From the NCBI GenBank assembly GCA_964406775.1, contig CAYOSW010000001.1, forward strand, positions 10,474 through 74,473: 64,000 bases of DNA, in the 5' to 3' direction. Below, piece by piece: positions 9,036-18,369 of the stretch. The translations under genes were made by a program, and so were the position numbers. The notes under the pieces were generated by a model. It saw only the letters and a list, made by a program, of their open reading frames with translations. It was not told the origin of the DNA and did no database searches. Positions within the stretch are counted from its first letter, which is position 1; the number at the start of each line of letters is the position of its first letter. The DNA is from an uncultured Gammaproteobacteria bacterium. GTDB lineage: Bacteria > Patescibacteriota > Microgenomatia > Daviesbacterales > UBA10151.

Positions 9036-9725
9036 TTAACTATTCGGGGAAAGGGGTAGTATTTCGCTTTTGAGTAATCCGATAATATACGGGACACTTC
9101 CTGGTTGGTCAAAATGGCCCTGGCCTTGAGCCAAAATAGGTTTTGCGCCGAAAGTTGAGGCAATGTTCCCGAGATTAGTTTCGGGAGGTTTGACGACCGT
9201 ATCGTCTGCTGAATTTACGGCAACAAACGCTCCGCGGATGTGGTCCCTGATTATTGAGGGAGATAATTGTCTGCCGTAGCATCTTTGGTCGAGTAAGGGG
9301 TCGCCTGAAGCAGTTTTATGTCTTCCCGCAATCAGAAGTGCGGCATCTACTGTCACTGCGTATTGACTGAGGGTATACAAAGCAATATTTACGCCTAAGC
9401 TGTGGCCGGCAAGTATCACAGGTCTTTTGGCTGATCGAATAAGTTCTGCTAATTTATAGGAGGCTGTCTCCGGATTCATTATTTTTTCCGGATCTGAGGT
9501 ATTAGCCGGGTTGGTTAAGGGTAAATCGGGGACAACGGTCAGTAAATTTAATTGGGAAGGTGCCTGGATGCTTAGTGTGGAATAAACTCCCATATCAGGT
9601 GAACCGTTATAACCGTGAGTCAGAATTAGCGTGCCTGAAAATTCGTGTCCTGTAAAAAGAAGTGCAAAAGCTCCGGCTGTCGTTTTTAAAAACCCCCGCC
9701 TGCCAACCCGAATTCTTTCGGCCAT
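9036..9725 (-). CDS. Tat-signal alpha/beta-hydrolase (lipase/esterase, PGAP1-like fold)
   Basis: Twin-arginine motif 'RRGFLKTTAGAFALLF' directly after the internal Met. 'THGYNGS' and nucleophile elbow 'AGHSLG'. The track ORF extends to 9767, but Met15 is the more plausible start. Confidence 0.65.
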   Translation of the reverse strand: MAERIRVGRRGFLKTTAGAFALLFTGHEFSGTLILTHGYNGSPDMGVYSTLSIQAPSQLNLLTVVPDLPLTNPANTSDPEKIMNPETASYKLAELIRSAKRPVILAGHSLGVNIALYTLSQYAVTVDAALLIAGRHKTASGDPLLDQRCYGRQLSPSIIRDHIRGAFVAVNSADDTVVKPPETNLGNIASTFGAKPILAQGQGHFDQPGSVPYIIGLLKSEILPLSPNS

Positions 9726-9837
9726 ATCGAAATTATAGTAAAAACAACCGCAAAAAGCATACGTCACGCGTACCTGCTTACACTTCTCTTACAGCTTCTT
9801 AAATCATCTTAGAAAAATATGTTATATAAATCTCATT

Positions 9838-9987
9838 ATGGATCCTAACGTTGCCGAAGCGCAAAGAAAAAGAGAGGAAGCCGAAAGACTCCAGCAGGAA
9901 GCTGACCTTGAGGAAGCGCGGGCCAGAGAACTCGCAGAACAAGAGAAAGCAGCGATTGATGATAAATACGGAATAAGTCAACAGTAA
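9838..9987 (+). CDS. Possible small charged coiled-coil protein (49 aa) upstream of gltB
   Basis: ATG...TAA ORF 'MDPNVAEAQRKREEAERLQQEADLEEARARELAEQEKAAIDDKYGISQQ'. An A/T-rich promoter-like stretch lies upstream. Below the track's size cut-off. No homology claim. Confidence 0.25.
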   Translation: MDPNVAEAQRKREEAERLQQEADLEEARARELAEQEKAAIDDKYGISQQ

Positions 9988-10063
9988 TCCGTCAGGTAAA
10001 TGTCTGAATTAAGTTATTTTGCAGGGTTGTCAAACTTTTTTCTGACAGATAAAATGATTCTGC

Positions 10064-13000
10064 GTGAAAAGGGAACTGCAATCACCAGTACCGAATGCCC
10101 TTTACATCCCCGGCAGGGTCCACGATGCTTGCGGGGTTGGTTTTTTGGCAAACGTGAACGGCTACCGTTCAGGCCGTCTTCTTCAGGATTCTCTCATAGC
10201 TTTAGGCAGACTTTCCCACAGGGGTGCCAACGTCGGGGACACTTCTGACGGTTCGGGAATACTAATTCAGCTTCCATCGGAATTTTTTGCACTTCAGGCC
10301 GGGCGCCTGGGGCACGGTACTAGAAATTTACAGCCTGGGGATTTAGGAGTCGGGATGGTTTTTTTGCCGGGACAGGATAGACAGGCTGCGGAATCGGCAA
10401 GAGGAAGAACCGAAATAGCGTTCGCGTCGAGAAATTTACGTGTACTCGGGTGGCGCGAAGTTCCTGTCGAACCCGGAGTTCTGGGAAAAAAGGCCGGAGA
10501 TACAAAGCCTCAAATTGAGCAGATAATAATTTCCCGTCCCGAAGGAATGGATGCTAAAGCTTTTGAGAGAGAGCTTCATCTGGCAAGCAGGCTGGCGGAA
10601 AATCTTTCGTCGCAGGCGGATATTGAAGGATTATATTTTGCGTCCGTTTCCGCGCAAACTCTTACCTATAAAGCGTTAGTTGAAGGAAGCAAACTCGGCC
10701 AGTTTTATCCCGAACTATCGGATCCCCTGATGCAGATTGCTTTTGCCCAGGTTCATCAAAGATATTCAACAAACACTTTACCGAGTTGGGAAAATGCCCA
10801 GCCTTTTCAGTTCCTTGCTCATAACGGGGAAATAAATACGGTTGGTGGCAATAAAATATGGACCGCAGCCAGGGAAGCGGGGATGAGATCTCCTGTCTGG
10901 GGTGGTGCATTAGCAGACCTAAGCCCGGTCATTCGGGGCGGAGGTTCGGATTCGGCGAACTTAGATAATGTTATTAAACTCCTGACACTCTCGGGACGCT
11001 CGGTAAGCGAAGCTATGGCCATAGCTGTTCCATCAGCTTGGGAAAACGATAGTGGAATGAGCGCGCAGGAGAGAGCCTTCTTCGAGCACGGACAGCTTTT
11101 TATGAATCCCTGGGACGGACCTGCACTTTTGGTTTTTACCGACGGAACGGAAATCGGCGCAATTTTGGATCGGAACGGTTTACGGCCTGCAAGATATATG
11201 GAAACCAAAGGCGGATTGATTGCGGTTACTTCGGAAGCGGGCGTTGTGCCTGTTGATGAATCTGAAATTACCAAAAAAGGAAGGCTCGGACCGGGACAGA
11301 TGGTTATTGTCGATATTGCCGGGGGGAGGGTTAAGGAAGATGCGCAAATAAAAACGGAACTTGCCTCAAAACACCCTTACGCGCAAATTACTGGGGAGAC
11401 TATCCGCCCTTTAAGCGTTTTTACGGGCAGGACCGAACCTGATTTAAACGGCCACGAACATTATCTTCTTTATCCTCCGACTTTAAGCCAGCTCCAGATT
11501 GCCCACGGTATGACGCACGAAGATATCGAAACTGTAATTACATCTATGGCTCAGGAAGGAAAAGACCCGGTATGGTCGATGGGCAAGGATACACCTGAGG
11601 CGGCGATTTTATCCGATGTTGTGCGTCCGCTTGATGTATTTTTTAAACAGCGTTTTGCTCAGGTAACAAATCCTCCCATCGATCCTATAAGGGAGAGAGC
11701 CGTAATGTCTTTAAATACGGTATTGGGTCCCAGACCCGATATGCTTTCAACCGAAGTTTTTGACGGTACGGTTATTAAACTTGAAAGTCCGATACTTGAT
11801 GATGCTCAGCTTAAGGTTTTAAAGTCGGTTAAAGAAGGTCCCGTATCGGTTGCAACAGTCGGGACATTATTTGATATCGCCAAAGGCCCGGGAGAGCTGG
11901 AAAATGCGGTTGCCGGTCTGGTTAAGCAGGCAGAGGCTCTCGTTGATTCGGGTAAGGGGATATTGGTCTTAAGCGACAGAGGAATAACAAAAGATAAGGC
12001 TTCAATGCCGATATTGATGGCGCTCGGTGCGGTTCATCAGCATCTTATAAAAACAGGCAAGAGAATGCAGACAAGTATTGTGGTCGAGACGGGCTCTTCC
12101 TGGGATATTCACCAGCTGGCTTTGCTTGCAGGATACGGAGCAGATGCCATCAATCCCTGGCTGGCCTTTCAGACTGCGGAAGCGATAGCTGCTTCAAAAT
12201 CCGATAACGGACACGGCGACAGACTGATGAGGGAGGCGAGAGAAAAATACCGCAAGGCTGCGGAAGCAGGGCTTTTAAAGATTTTTTCCAAGATGGGAAT
12301 CTCCACTTTTGCAGGCTACCAGGGTGCCCAGATTTTTGATGCCATTGGTTTATCCCGGGACGTTGTTGATCTTTGTTTTACCGGTACTTCGTCTCCTTTA
12401 GGCGGACTGGGATTTGAACAAATAGGAGAGGACGTTATAGCTCTTCACACCCAGGCTTTTGATCACGACGGCTTATCAAAATTGCCGTTTCCGGGACTAT
12501 TTAAGTTTAACAGACAGGGTCCGGGTCCTTCGATGAGTCACGCACATTCGCCGGAAGTCTGGCGGGCACTCCAGGCTGTTGCCAGGAACGGGATTCCTGC
12601 CCACGATGGTGTCGAGCTGAAATATCAGGTTTACGCGGATAAAATTAACGGAGGTCCGGTCAGGGGACTGCGGGATTTATTGGGATTCGTTCCGCAAAAT
12701 CCGGAAATTGATATTTCTGAGGTTGAAGATGCTTTGGGGATAGTTAGAGGCAGGTTTATTTCAACCGCGATGTCGCTAGGGGCATTGGGGCCTGAAGCCT
12801 GGAAGGACCTGGCGGTTGCTATGAACCGCCTAGGCGGACGTTCCAATTCGGGAGAGGGCGGGGAAGATCCGAGATTATATCGGGATCAGCCTGAGCGGAT
12901 GGATAATAAAATTAAGCAAGTTGCTTCAGCCAGATTCGGTGTAACCGCGGAATATTTGATTATGGCTGATGAGCTGGAAATTAAAATGGCCCAGGGCGCC

Positions 13001-14656
13001 AAACCCGGAGAAGGGGGTCAATTACCAGGTTTTAAAGTTAATTCCGAAATTGCTTTCTATAGAAAAACGGAGGAAGGTATTGAATTAATATCTCCACCTC
13101 CCCACCACGATATTTACAGTATCGAAGACCTGGCTCAGCTGATTTATGATTTAAAACAGGTTAACCCTGATGCCAAAATCGGAGTAAAGCTGGTTTCTGA
13201 ATCGGGAGTCGGAACAATAGCCGCGGGAGTTGCTAAAGCGGGCGCAGATTATGTTTTAATTGCAGGAAACAACGGAGGAACAGGTGCAGCACCCTTGGCG
13301 TCCATTCATAGCGCGGGTTCTCCTCTTGAATTAGGTCTTGCGGAGGCTCAGCAGGAACTGGTGGCCAACGGTTTAAGGGGAGGAATAACTCTGCGGGCCG
13401 ACGGCGGACTTCAAACCGGCAGGGATGTGGTTATTGCGGCAATGCTGGGGGCTGATGAATTCGGCTTCGGGACAAGTCTTCTGGAGTCCCTCGGGTGTGT
13501 TATGGCCAGACAATGTCACTTAAATACGTGTCCGGCAGGAATTGCCACACAGGACCCCGAAAAAAGAGCAAGATATAAAGGGACTCCTGACAATGCGGCA
13601 GCATATCTGCTCAGTGTTGCACGGGATGTAAGAGGATATCTTGCCAGACTGGGAGTCTCGAGTCTTGATGAGGTTATCGGCAGGACAGATTTCCTGACCC
13701 AGCTGCCGAGCGAGTCCGCAGTACGCGCCAACACTCTGGATTTATCACCCGTTTTAGCTCAAATAGATCCCACAGGCAGTGAACCGAAGAAGCGGATACC
13801 CGGACGGACCAATGCCGCACCCGAGAAAGGAAGACAAATCAATAAAACAATTCTTGAAGATGTAAAAAGCGGATTAATAGCCGGAGGTTCCGTTGAAAGA
13901 ACTTACGAAGTTTCAGTCAGCGACAGGACGATTGGTGCAACTCTTGCCGGTTTTATCGCAAAGGAATTCGGGATTCTGCCTGAAACGGGACTACCCGAGG
14001 GGGCGGTTAAACTGAACTTCAGGGGAAGTGCCGGGCAGAGTTTTGCCGCATTTGCCTCTCTCGGAATGGAATTAAATCTTGAGGGGGAGGCGCAGGACGG
14101 CGTTGCTAAAAGCCTGTCGGGAGGAGTCATTACAATAAGACCTCCGCGTGAAGCAGGCTATGTTCATCAGGAGAGCGTGATAGTTGGAAACGCTGTCGGA
14201 TATGGGGCAACTTCGGGTAAAGTCTTTATTTCCGGTCAGGCAGGTGAGCGGTTTGCGGTAAGAAACAGCGGAGCGACGCTGGTTGTTGAAGGTTTAGGAG
14301 ATCACGGTTGCGAATATATGACCGGCGGAGAGGTCTTCGTATTAGGAAAAACTGGTAAAAATTTCGGTGCCGGAATGTCGGCAGGAACGGCTTATGTTCT
14401 TGATGAAAGTGGAGATTTTGAGGGTAAAGTGAATAAAGAGATGGTTAATGTTGCGGTCATAAACGAGGGAGGGGAATTGGAGAAACTCAGAGCTATGATA
14501 GAAGAACACCGCACAAGAACCGGCAGTGTTAAGGGCTCCGAGATGCTAGATAATTGGGAAACTTACTCCGGACTATTCAGAAAAGTTGAGCCTAAAAAAG
14601 CAAAAAATGCACAAATTCAGGATCCCGTTGCAGCCACCGCGGCAGCCCGGGCATAG
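10064..14656 (+). CDS. gltB: Glutamate synthase large subunit (GOGAT; possibly ferredoxin-dependent since no small subunit gene follows)
   Basis: N-terminal amidotransferase 'HDACGVGFLANV'. FMN/FeS central and GXGXG C-terminal domains recognisable. 1530 aa. The next gene is unrelated. Confidence 0.9.
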   Translation: MKRELQSPVPNALYIPGRVHDACGVGFLANVNGYRSGRLLQDSLIALGRLSHRGANVGDTSDGSGILIQLPSEFFALQAGRLGHGTRNLQPGDLGVGMVFLPGQDRQAAESARGRTEIAFASRNLRVLGWREVPVEPGVLGKKAGDTKPQIEQIIISRPEGMDAKAFERELHLASRLAENLSSQADIEGLYFASVSAQTLTYKALVEGSKLGQFYPELSDPLMQIAFAQVHQRYSTNTLPSWENAQPFQFLAHNGEINTVGGNKIWTAAREAGMRSPVWGGALADLSPVIRGGGSDSANLDNVIKLLTLSGRSVSEAMAIAVPSAWENDSGMSAQERAFFEHGQLFMNPWDGPALLVFTDGTEIGAILDRNGLRPARYMETKGGLIAVTSEAGVVPVDESEITKKGRLGPGQMVIVDIAGGRVKEDAQIKTELASKHPYAQITGETIRPLSVFTGRTEPDLNGHEHYLLYPPTLSQLQIAHGMTHEDIETVITSMAQEGKDPVWSMGKDTPEAAILSDVVRPLDVFFKQRFAQVTNPPIDPIRERAVMSLNTVLGPRPDMLSTEVFDGTVIKLESPILDDAQLKVLKSVKEGPVSVATVGTLFDIAKGPGELENAVAGLVKQAEALVDSGKGILVLSDRGITKDKASMPILMALGAVHQHLIKTGKRMQTSIVVETGSSWDIHQLALLAGYGADAINPWLAFQTAEAIAASKSDNGHGDRLMREAREKYRKAAEAGLLKIFSKMGISTFAGYQGAQIFDAIGLSRDVVDLCFTGTSSPLGGLGFEQIGEDVIALHTQAFDHDGLSKLPFPGLFKFNRQGPGPSMSHAHSPEVWRALQAVARNGIPAHDGVELKYQVYADKINGGPVRGLRDLLGFVPQNPEIDISEVEDALGIVRGRFISTAMSLGALGPEAWKDLAVAMNRLGGRSNSGEGGEDPRLYRDQPERMDNKIKQVASARFGVTAEYLIMADELEIKMAQGAKPGEGGQLPGFKVNSEIAFYRKTEEGIELISPPPHHDIYSIEDLAQLIYDLKQVNPDAKIGVKLVSESGVGTIAAGVAKAGADYVLIAGNNGGTGAAPLASIHSAGSPLELGLAEAQQELVANGLRGGITLRADGGLQTGRDVVIAAMLGADEFGFGTSLLESLGCVMARQCHLNTCPAGIATQDPEKRARYKGTPDNAAAYLLSVARDVRGYLARLGVSSLDEVIGRTDFLTQLPSESAVRANTLDLSPVLAQIDPTGSEPKKRIPGRTNAAPEKGRQINKTILEDVKSGLIAGGSVERTYEVSVSDRTIGATLAGFIAKEFGILPETGLPEGAVKLNFRGSAGQSFAAFASLGMELNLEGEAQDGVAKSLSGGVITIRPPREAGYVHQESVIVGNAVGYGATSGKVFISGQAGERFAVRNSGATLVVEGLGDHGCEYMTGGEVFVLGKTGKNFGAGMSAGTAYVLDESGDFEGKVNKEMVNVAVINEGGELEKLRAMIEEHRTRTGSVKGSEMLDNWETYSGLFRKVEPKKAKNAQIQDPVAATAAARA

Positions 14657-14704
14657 GGAACTTGAATATAATGACTGCCGGGACTTCGCTGTATAATTAC
14701 CACA

Positions 14705-15661
14705 ATGAATTGGGTTGATCTTACAATTATTATTCTGCTTCTGTTTTTTGTTTATGAATCCATCGGACGCAATTTGTTGAGTGAGGTTCTTGATGCCGCG
14801 TCATTTCTGATCGCTTTTTTTGCTTCACTGCGTTTTTATAACGAAATAGCTTCATTTTTTATTAACAATTTTCAGGTTCCGAACTCCCTAAGCAAAATTT
14901 TCGGTTTTATTATCGTTTGGTTTTTGGTGGAAGCGGTATTTTTCGGTTTAATCCATCTGATTGTTTTTAAGTCACTCAAATTTATTCGCTATCCGAAATT
15001 CTTAAATTATCTTTCTCTGGTTCCAGCACTGTTTCGGGGATTGGTGTTTATTTCAATTATCTTAGTACTCTTAGGTACTTTTCCGGTCCAGCCGAGGATA
15101 AAAAAAGACATTCACGATTCAAAACTCGGATCACTGATTTTAAATCAAACATATAAGCTTGAAGGGCCCTTAAAAGAAGTTTTCGGCGGGATTACCGAGG
15201 ACACCTTTACATTCCTGACGGTAAAGCCCAGAAGTGATCAGACGGTTAATTTAGGTTTTAAAACGACAGAATTCAGCCCCAATCCTGCATTTGAAAATGA
15301 GCTTATCGCCCTGGTCAATAAAGAAAGAGCCTCGAGGAATTTACAAACACTTACCGCTGATGATACATTAACAAAAATCGGCAGAGGTCACTCGGTTGAT
15401 ATGTTTACCAGAGGTTACTTTGCCCATAATTCTCCGGAGGGAAGGAATGTATCCGATAGGGCAATGGAAAAAAATTACAGCTTTTTGGTTATCGGAGAAA
15501 ATTTGGCATATGCCCCAAGTGTAGCGCTGGCGCACAAAGGATTGATGGACTCCGAAGGCCACCGGGCGAATATTTTATCTCCCGATTTCAGTAAAATAGG
15601 TATCGGAATAATGGACGGGGGGGTTTACGGACTTATGGTAACGCAGGTTTTCTCAAATTAG
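14705..15661 (+). CDS. CvpA-family membrane domain fused to a C-terminal CAP/SCP (PR-1-like) extracellular domain
   Basis: N-terminus 'MNWVDLTIIILLLFF...' with 4 TM helices resembles CvpA. C-terminus 'GHSVDMF...HNSPEGR...GENLAY...HRANIL...' is a CAP domain. Confidence 0.55.
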   Translation: MNWVDLTIIILLLFFVYESIGRNLLSEVLDAASFLIAFFASLRFYNEIASFFINNFQVPNSLSKIFGFIIVWFLVEAVFFGLIHLIVFKSLKFIRYPKFLNYLSLVPALFRGLVFISIILVLLGTFPVQPRIKKDIHDSKLGSLILNQTYKLEGPLKEVFGGITEDTFTFLTVKPRSDQTVNLGFKTTEFSPNPAFENELIALVNKERASRNLQTLTADDTLTKIGRGHSVDMFTRGYFAHNSPEGRNVSDRAMEKNYSFLVIGENLAYAPSVALAHKGLMDSEGHRANILSPDFSKIGIGIMDGGVYGLMVTQVFSN

Positions 15662-15662
15662 T

Positions 15663-16271
15663 ATGGATTATAAAAAGGTTTCACTGCTCGGGCTGGTAAT
15701 TCTAATTTCTATTTCGCTTGGATCTTTTTTAATTTGGCAGGGACTTAATCTGGACAGGAAAGCTGACGAGCAAAATGTCCTAGGCAGTTTAACCGAGCAG
15801 ACTGTTGCTTCAGCTTCACCCTCCGCAAGTCCGGTTACTTCGCTTAATTCACAAAATCCTCTTGCAGAAGTCGTAAAAGTGGTTGACGGAGACACTTTTG
15901 AGGTGAGGATTGACGGACAAAACTATAAAGTAAGGATGATCGGGATAGATACGCCCGAAACCGTTGATCCGCGCAGGCCTGTAGGATGCTTCGGGAAAAA
16001 AGCCAGTGCTGAGACCAAAAGATTACTCGAAGGTAAAGAAGTAATTTTAGCAAAGGATGTATCAGAAGCAGATAAATATAACCGCCTGCTGAGGTATGTA
16101 TATTTACCAATTGGCGACGGAAACAATCTATTTATAAATGATTATCTGATACGCCAGGGTTATGCAAAAATCCTGACATATCCGCCGGATATAAAATATA
16201 ACTCAAGATTTCTTGAGGCAGAAAGGGAAGCCAGGGATAATTTAAGGGGATTGTGGGGAGAATGCAAATGA
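15663..16271 (+). CDS. Membrane-anchored thermonuclease (staphylococcal nuclease-like)
   Basis: 'VVKVVDGDTFEVR...VRMIGIDTPE...' SNase catalytic motifs. N-terminal TM anchor. Confidence 0.8.
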   Translation: MDYKKVSLLGLVILISISLGSFLIWQGLNLDRKADEQNVLGSLTEQTVASASPSASPVTSLNSQNPLAEVVKVVDGDTFEVRIDGQNYKVRMIGIDTPETVDPRRPVGCFGKKASAETKRLLEGKEVILAKDVSEADKYNRLLRYVYLPIGDGNNLFINDYLIRQGYAKILTYPPDIKYNSRFLEAEREARDNLRGLWGECK

Positions 16272-16402
16272 AGTTTAATGGTAAAATAAGTTATTAACGG
16301 GTCCTGCCGGCTCGCAGCCCCCAAAAATGTACTCAAAGAGCAAGCTCTTAATTGCGTCATTTTTCAGGGCGCCCCGCTCGCCATCACCCGTATATTTAAT
16401 AA

Positions 16403-16945
16403 ATGGACAAGAAATTTTGGTTTCAGCTTGCAGGGCTCGCAATAGTAATATTGGCTGCAACATTTTTCGCATTTAACCGCAAGACACTTATTCCTTTTAC
16501 AAGTCAATTTATAAAGCCTACCGCTCAGACAGTAAATAAAGAGACCGAGAAGCAGATAAAAATTGTTGACCCGTCCGGGAATATTAAAGCGATTATAAAT
16601 GCGGAGATGGCCGACACTCCTGAAAAAAGGACTAAAGGTTTGGGGTATAGGGATTCGCTGGCGACGGATTCCGGAATGTTTTTTAATCACGAAAATACTC
16701 AGAAATACACTTATTGGATGAAAGGTATGAGATTTCCGATAGATATTATGTGGATTTTGGATGATGAAATCGTAGATCTTATTCAGAATGTTCCGGCCCC
16801 GGTACAAGGGCAAAGTGACGATACTCTGGAGCGCTATTCCTCTGTTGTGCCGGTAAACAATGTTCTTGAAACAAATGCCGGATTTGTTCAAAAGTTCGGA
16901 ATCTCTCCCGGCGACAAGATTATTCTGGAGGATAAATCGAAGTAA
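16403..16945 (+). CDS. DUF192 (COG1430) domain protein with N-terminal TM anchor
   Basis: 'TKGLGYRDSL...GMFFNHENT...YWMKGMRFPIDIMWI' matches the DUF192 core. The opposite-strand ORF 16364-16891 is judged spurious. Confidence 0.65.
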   Translation: MDKKFWFQLAGLAIVILAATFFAFNRKTLIPFTSQFIKPTAQTVNKETEKQIKIVDPSGNIKAIINAEMADTPEKRTKGLGYRDSLATDSGMFFNHENTQKYTYWMKGMRFPIDIMWILDDEIVDLIQNVPAPVQGQSDDTLERYSSVVPVNNVLETNAGFVQKFGISPGDKIILEDKSK

Positions 16946-18369
16946 TGCTGATTCTGCCCCTGAAATTCGTCAGAACCGAAGATAAAAATTTAATAGGGGA
17001 AAATCTTTTTAATCTTTCCAAGTTGAAACATTTGGATTTTCCGGTAATCGAGTCGGTAATCGCAATACCTCCCGTTGAAATATTTAAGAAAGTAGTGGAA
17101 AAATTTAACAGACAACACGCCCGGCTAAAGGATTATATAGGTAATATCACTCAGTCGATGAATGATATAAAAATTCCGGAGAGTCTGGAAAATTTTTCTT
17201 TAGTGCATTTTTCGGATTCGGATAAAACTATTAAAGTTAATATCTCTCTTTTATGGTCAAATCTTTTAAGTAAATGGATCCTGGAGCTAACTTCAAAAAT
17301 CGAGAGAGATGAAAAAAATTTATTTAGATTTACACCCCAGCTTATTATTTTTTCGGCTGATTTTACCGGTTTCGGACGGGGTTATTTTGATGAAGACCGG
17401 GACCACGTTGTGATTAAAATCGACAACGGAAGTCTTGATTTTAATATGTCCCAGGAAATCGAGAATCTGATAATTTTGGGTAATAAAAAACTGGTTCTCC
17501 CGCAGGTTTACTATTGGGTTATTGAAGACGGAAAAATAAAAATTATAAAGCTTGCACCGTTTACTCAAAGCTTTCCAGACGAAAAGGAAAAATTGGAGGA
17601 TACCGTTCAGATCAAACCCAGAAGAAGTCTTCCGAAGACTGCAACTAAAATTATTATGGATCACAAAAACGGAATGCTTAATGATTTAAACAGTGATGGG
17701 GTGCTGTTGAAAATAGAAAAAACGGATGCAGAGAGCATAAATACCGAACTTACTAAGATTCAAAATTTTCAGAAAAATCTTAAAGTAATTTTTTACCCGG
17801 ATTTTAAAAATAATGAATTTAAAGATTTGGATTTTGCTAAGAGCTTTTTATTTTTCAGAAATAAGAAGAAATTGGATATCTCGGTAGTCCTGCCGAAAAC
17901 ATATTCAATAGAATCGTTTCTTAAATCAAAAACGGATTTTGCATCTTTAGGGATCTACAGTAAGGGCAGTTTAAAGATTTGGAAGGAATTTTCAACAGCT
18001 GCGGACTTCTTAATGATGGATGAATATTTAGATGCGGGATTTGACGGAGCACTGATTAATTTGGACGAGATTGCCAGAATTGTAACGGGTGTAGATCCTC
18101 AGTTGATCAGGGACGAGCCGAAGAGAGATTGGATAAAGACCGTTGAACTTTTTCTAAAGGAACTGAAATTTAACAGATTAATTAAAGAAAATAAACAGGT
18201 TTTAGTTTACGGAGTTTTAGCCGAAAATGAAGAACTCTTAGGATATTTTATTAAGTCCGGAGTTTGGGGTGTGGCTTTCAGACAAAACGTAGCGGATGCA
18301 TTCAAACAGCATATCGCATATCTGGAAAGTCTGCATATGAAGAAATTAACTTACGCTAAGGTTGAGTAA
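16945..18369 (+). CDS. Degenerate PEP-synthase / pyruvate-phosphate-dikinase-like protein lacking the phospho-histidine swivel domain
   Basis: Start overlaps the DUF192 stop (TAATG). N-terminus 'KNLIGENLFNLSKLKHLDFPVIESVIAIPP' resembles the PPDK_N 'GGKxANLxEL...PVPxGFxIT'. C-terminus 'FDGALINLDEIARIVTGVD...LVYGVLAENEELL' resembles the PEP-utilizer TIM barrel. No 'GGxTSHAAI' motif. Confidence 0.45.
   Translation: MLILPLKFVRTEDKNLIGENLFNLSKLKHLDFPVIESVIAIPPVEIFKKVVEKFNRQHARLKDYIGNITQSMNDIKIPESLENFSLVHFSDSDKTIKVNISLLWSNLLSKWILELTSKIERDEKNLFRFTPQLIIFSADFTGFGRGYFDEDRDHVVIKIDNGSLDFNMSQEIENLIILGNKKLVLPQVYYWVIEDGKIKIIKLAPFTQSFPDEKEKLEDTVQIKPRRSLPKTATKIIMDHKNGMLNDLNSDGVLLKIEKTDAESINTELTKIQNFQKNLKVIFYPDFKNNEFKDLDFAKSFLFFRNKKKLDISVVLPKTYSIESFLKSKTDFASLGIYSKGSLKIWKEFSTAADFLMMDEYLDAGFDGALINLDEIARIVTGVDPQLIRDEPKRDWIKTVELFLKELKFNRLIKENKQVLVYGVLAENEELLGYFIKSGVWGVAFRQNVADAFKQHIAYLESLHMKKLTYAKVE

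Noticed and set aside
10000-10248. 82-aa plus-strand ORF overlapping the gltB start
   Set aside because: Out-of-frame overlap with gltB. The composition (Arg/Gly/Pro-rich) is typical of a spurious frame.
10819-11274. 151-aa minus-strand ORF (and several 60-80-aa ORFs) inside gltB
   Set aside because: They lie fully within a 1530-aa gene with unambiguous GOGAT motifs on the other strand.
16364-16891. 175-aa minus-strand ORF overlapping the DUF192 gene
   Set aside because: The plus-strand frame carries a recognisable DUF192 domain and a TM anchor. The minus frame is Cys/Arg-rich low-complexity typical of antisense ORFs.
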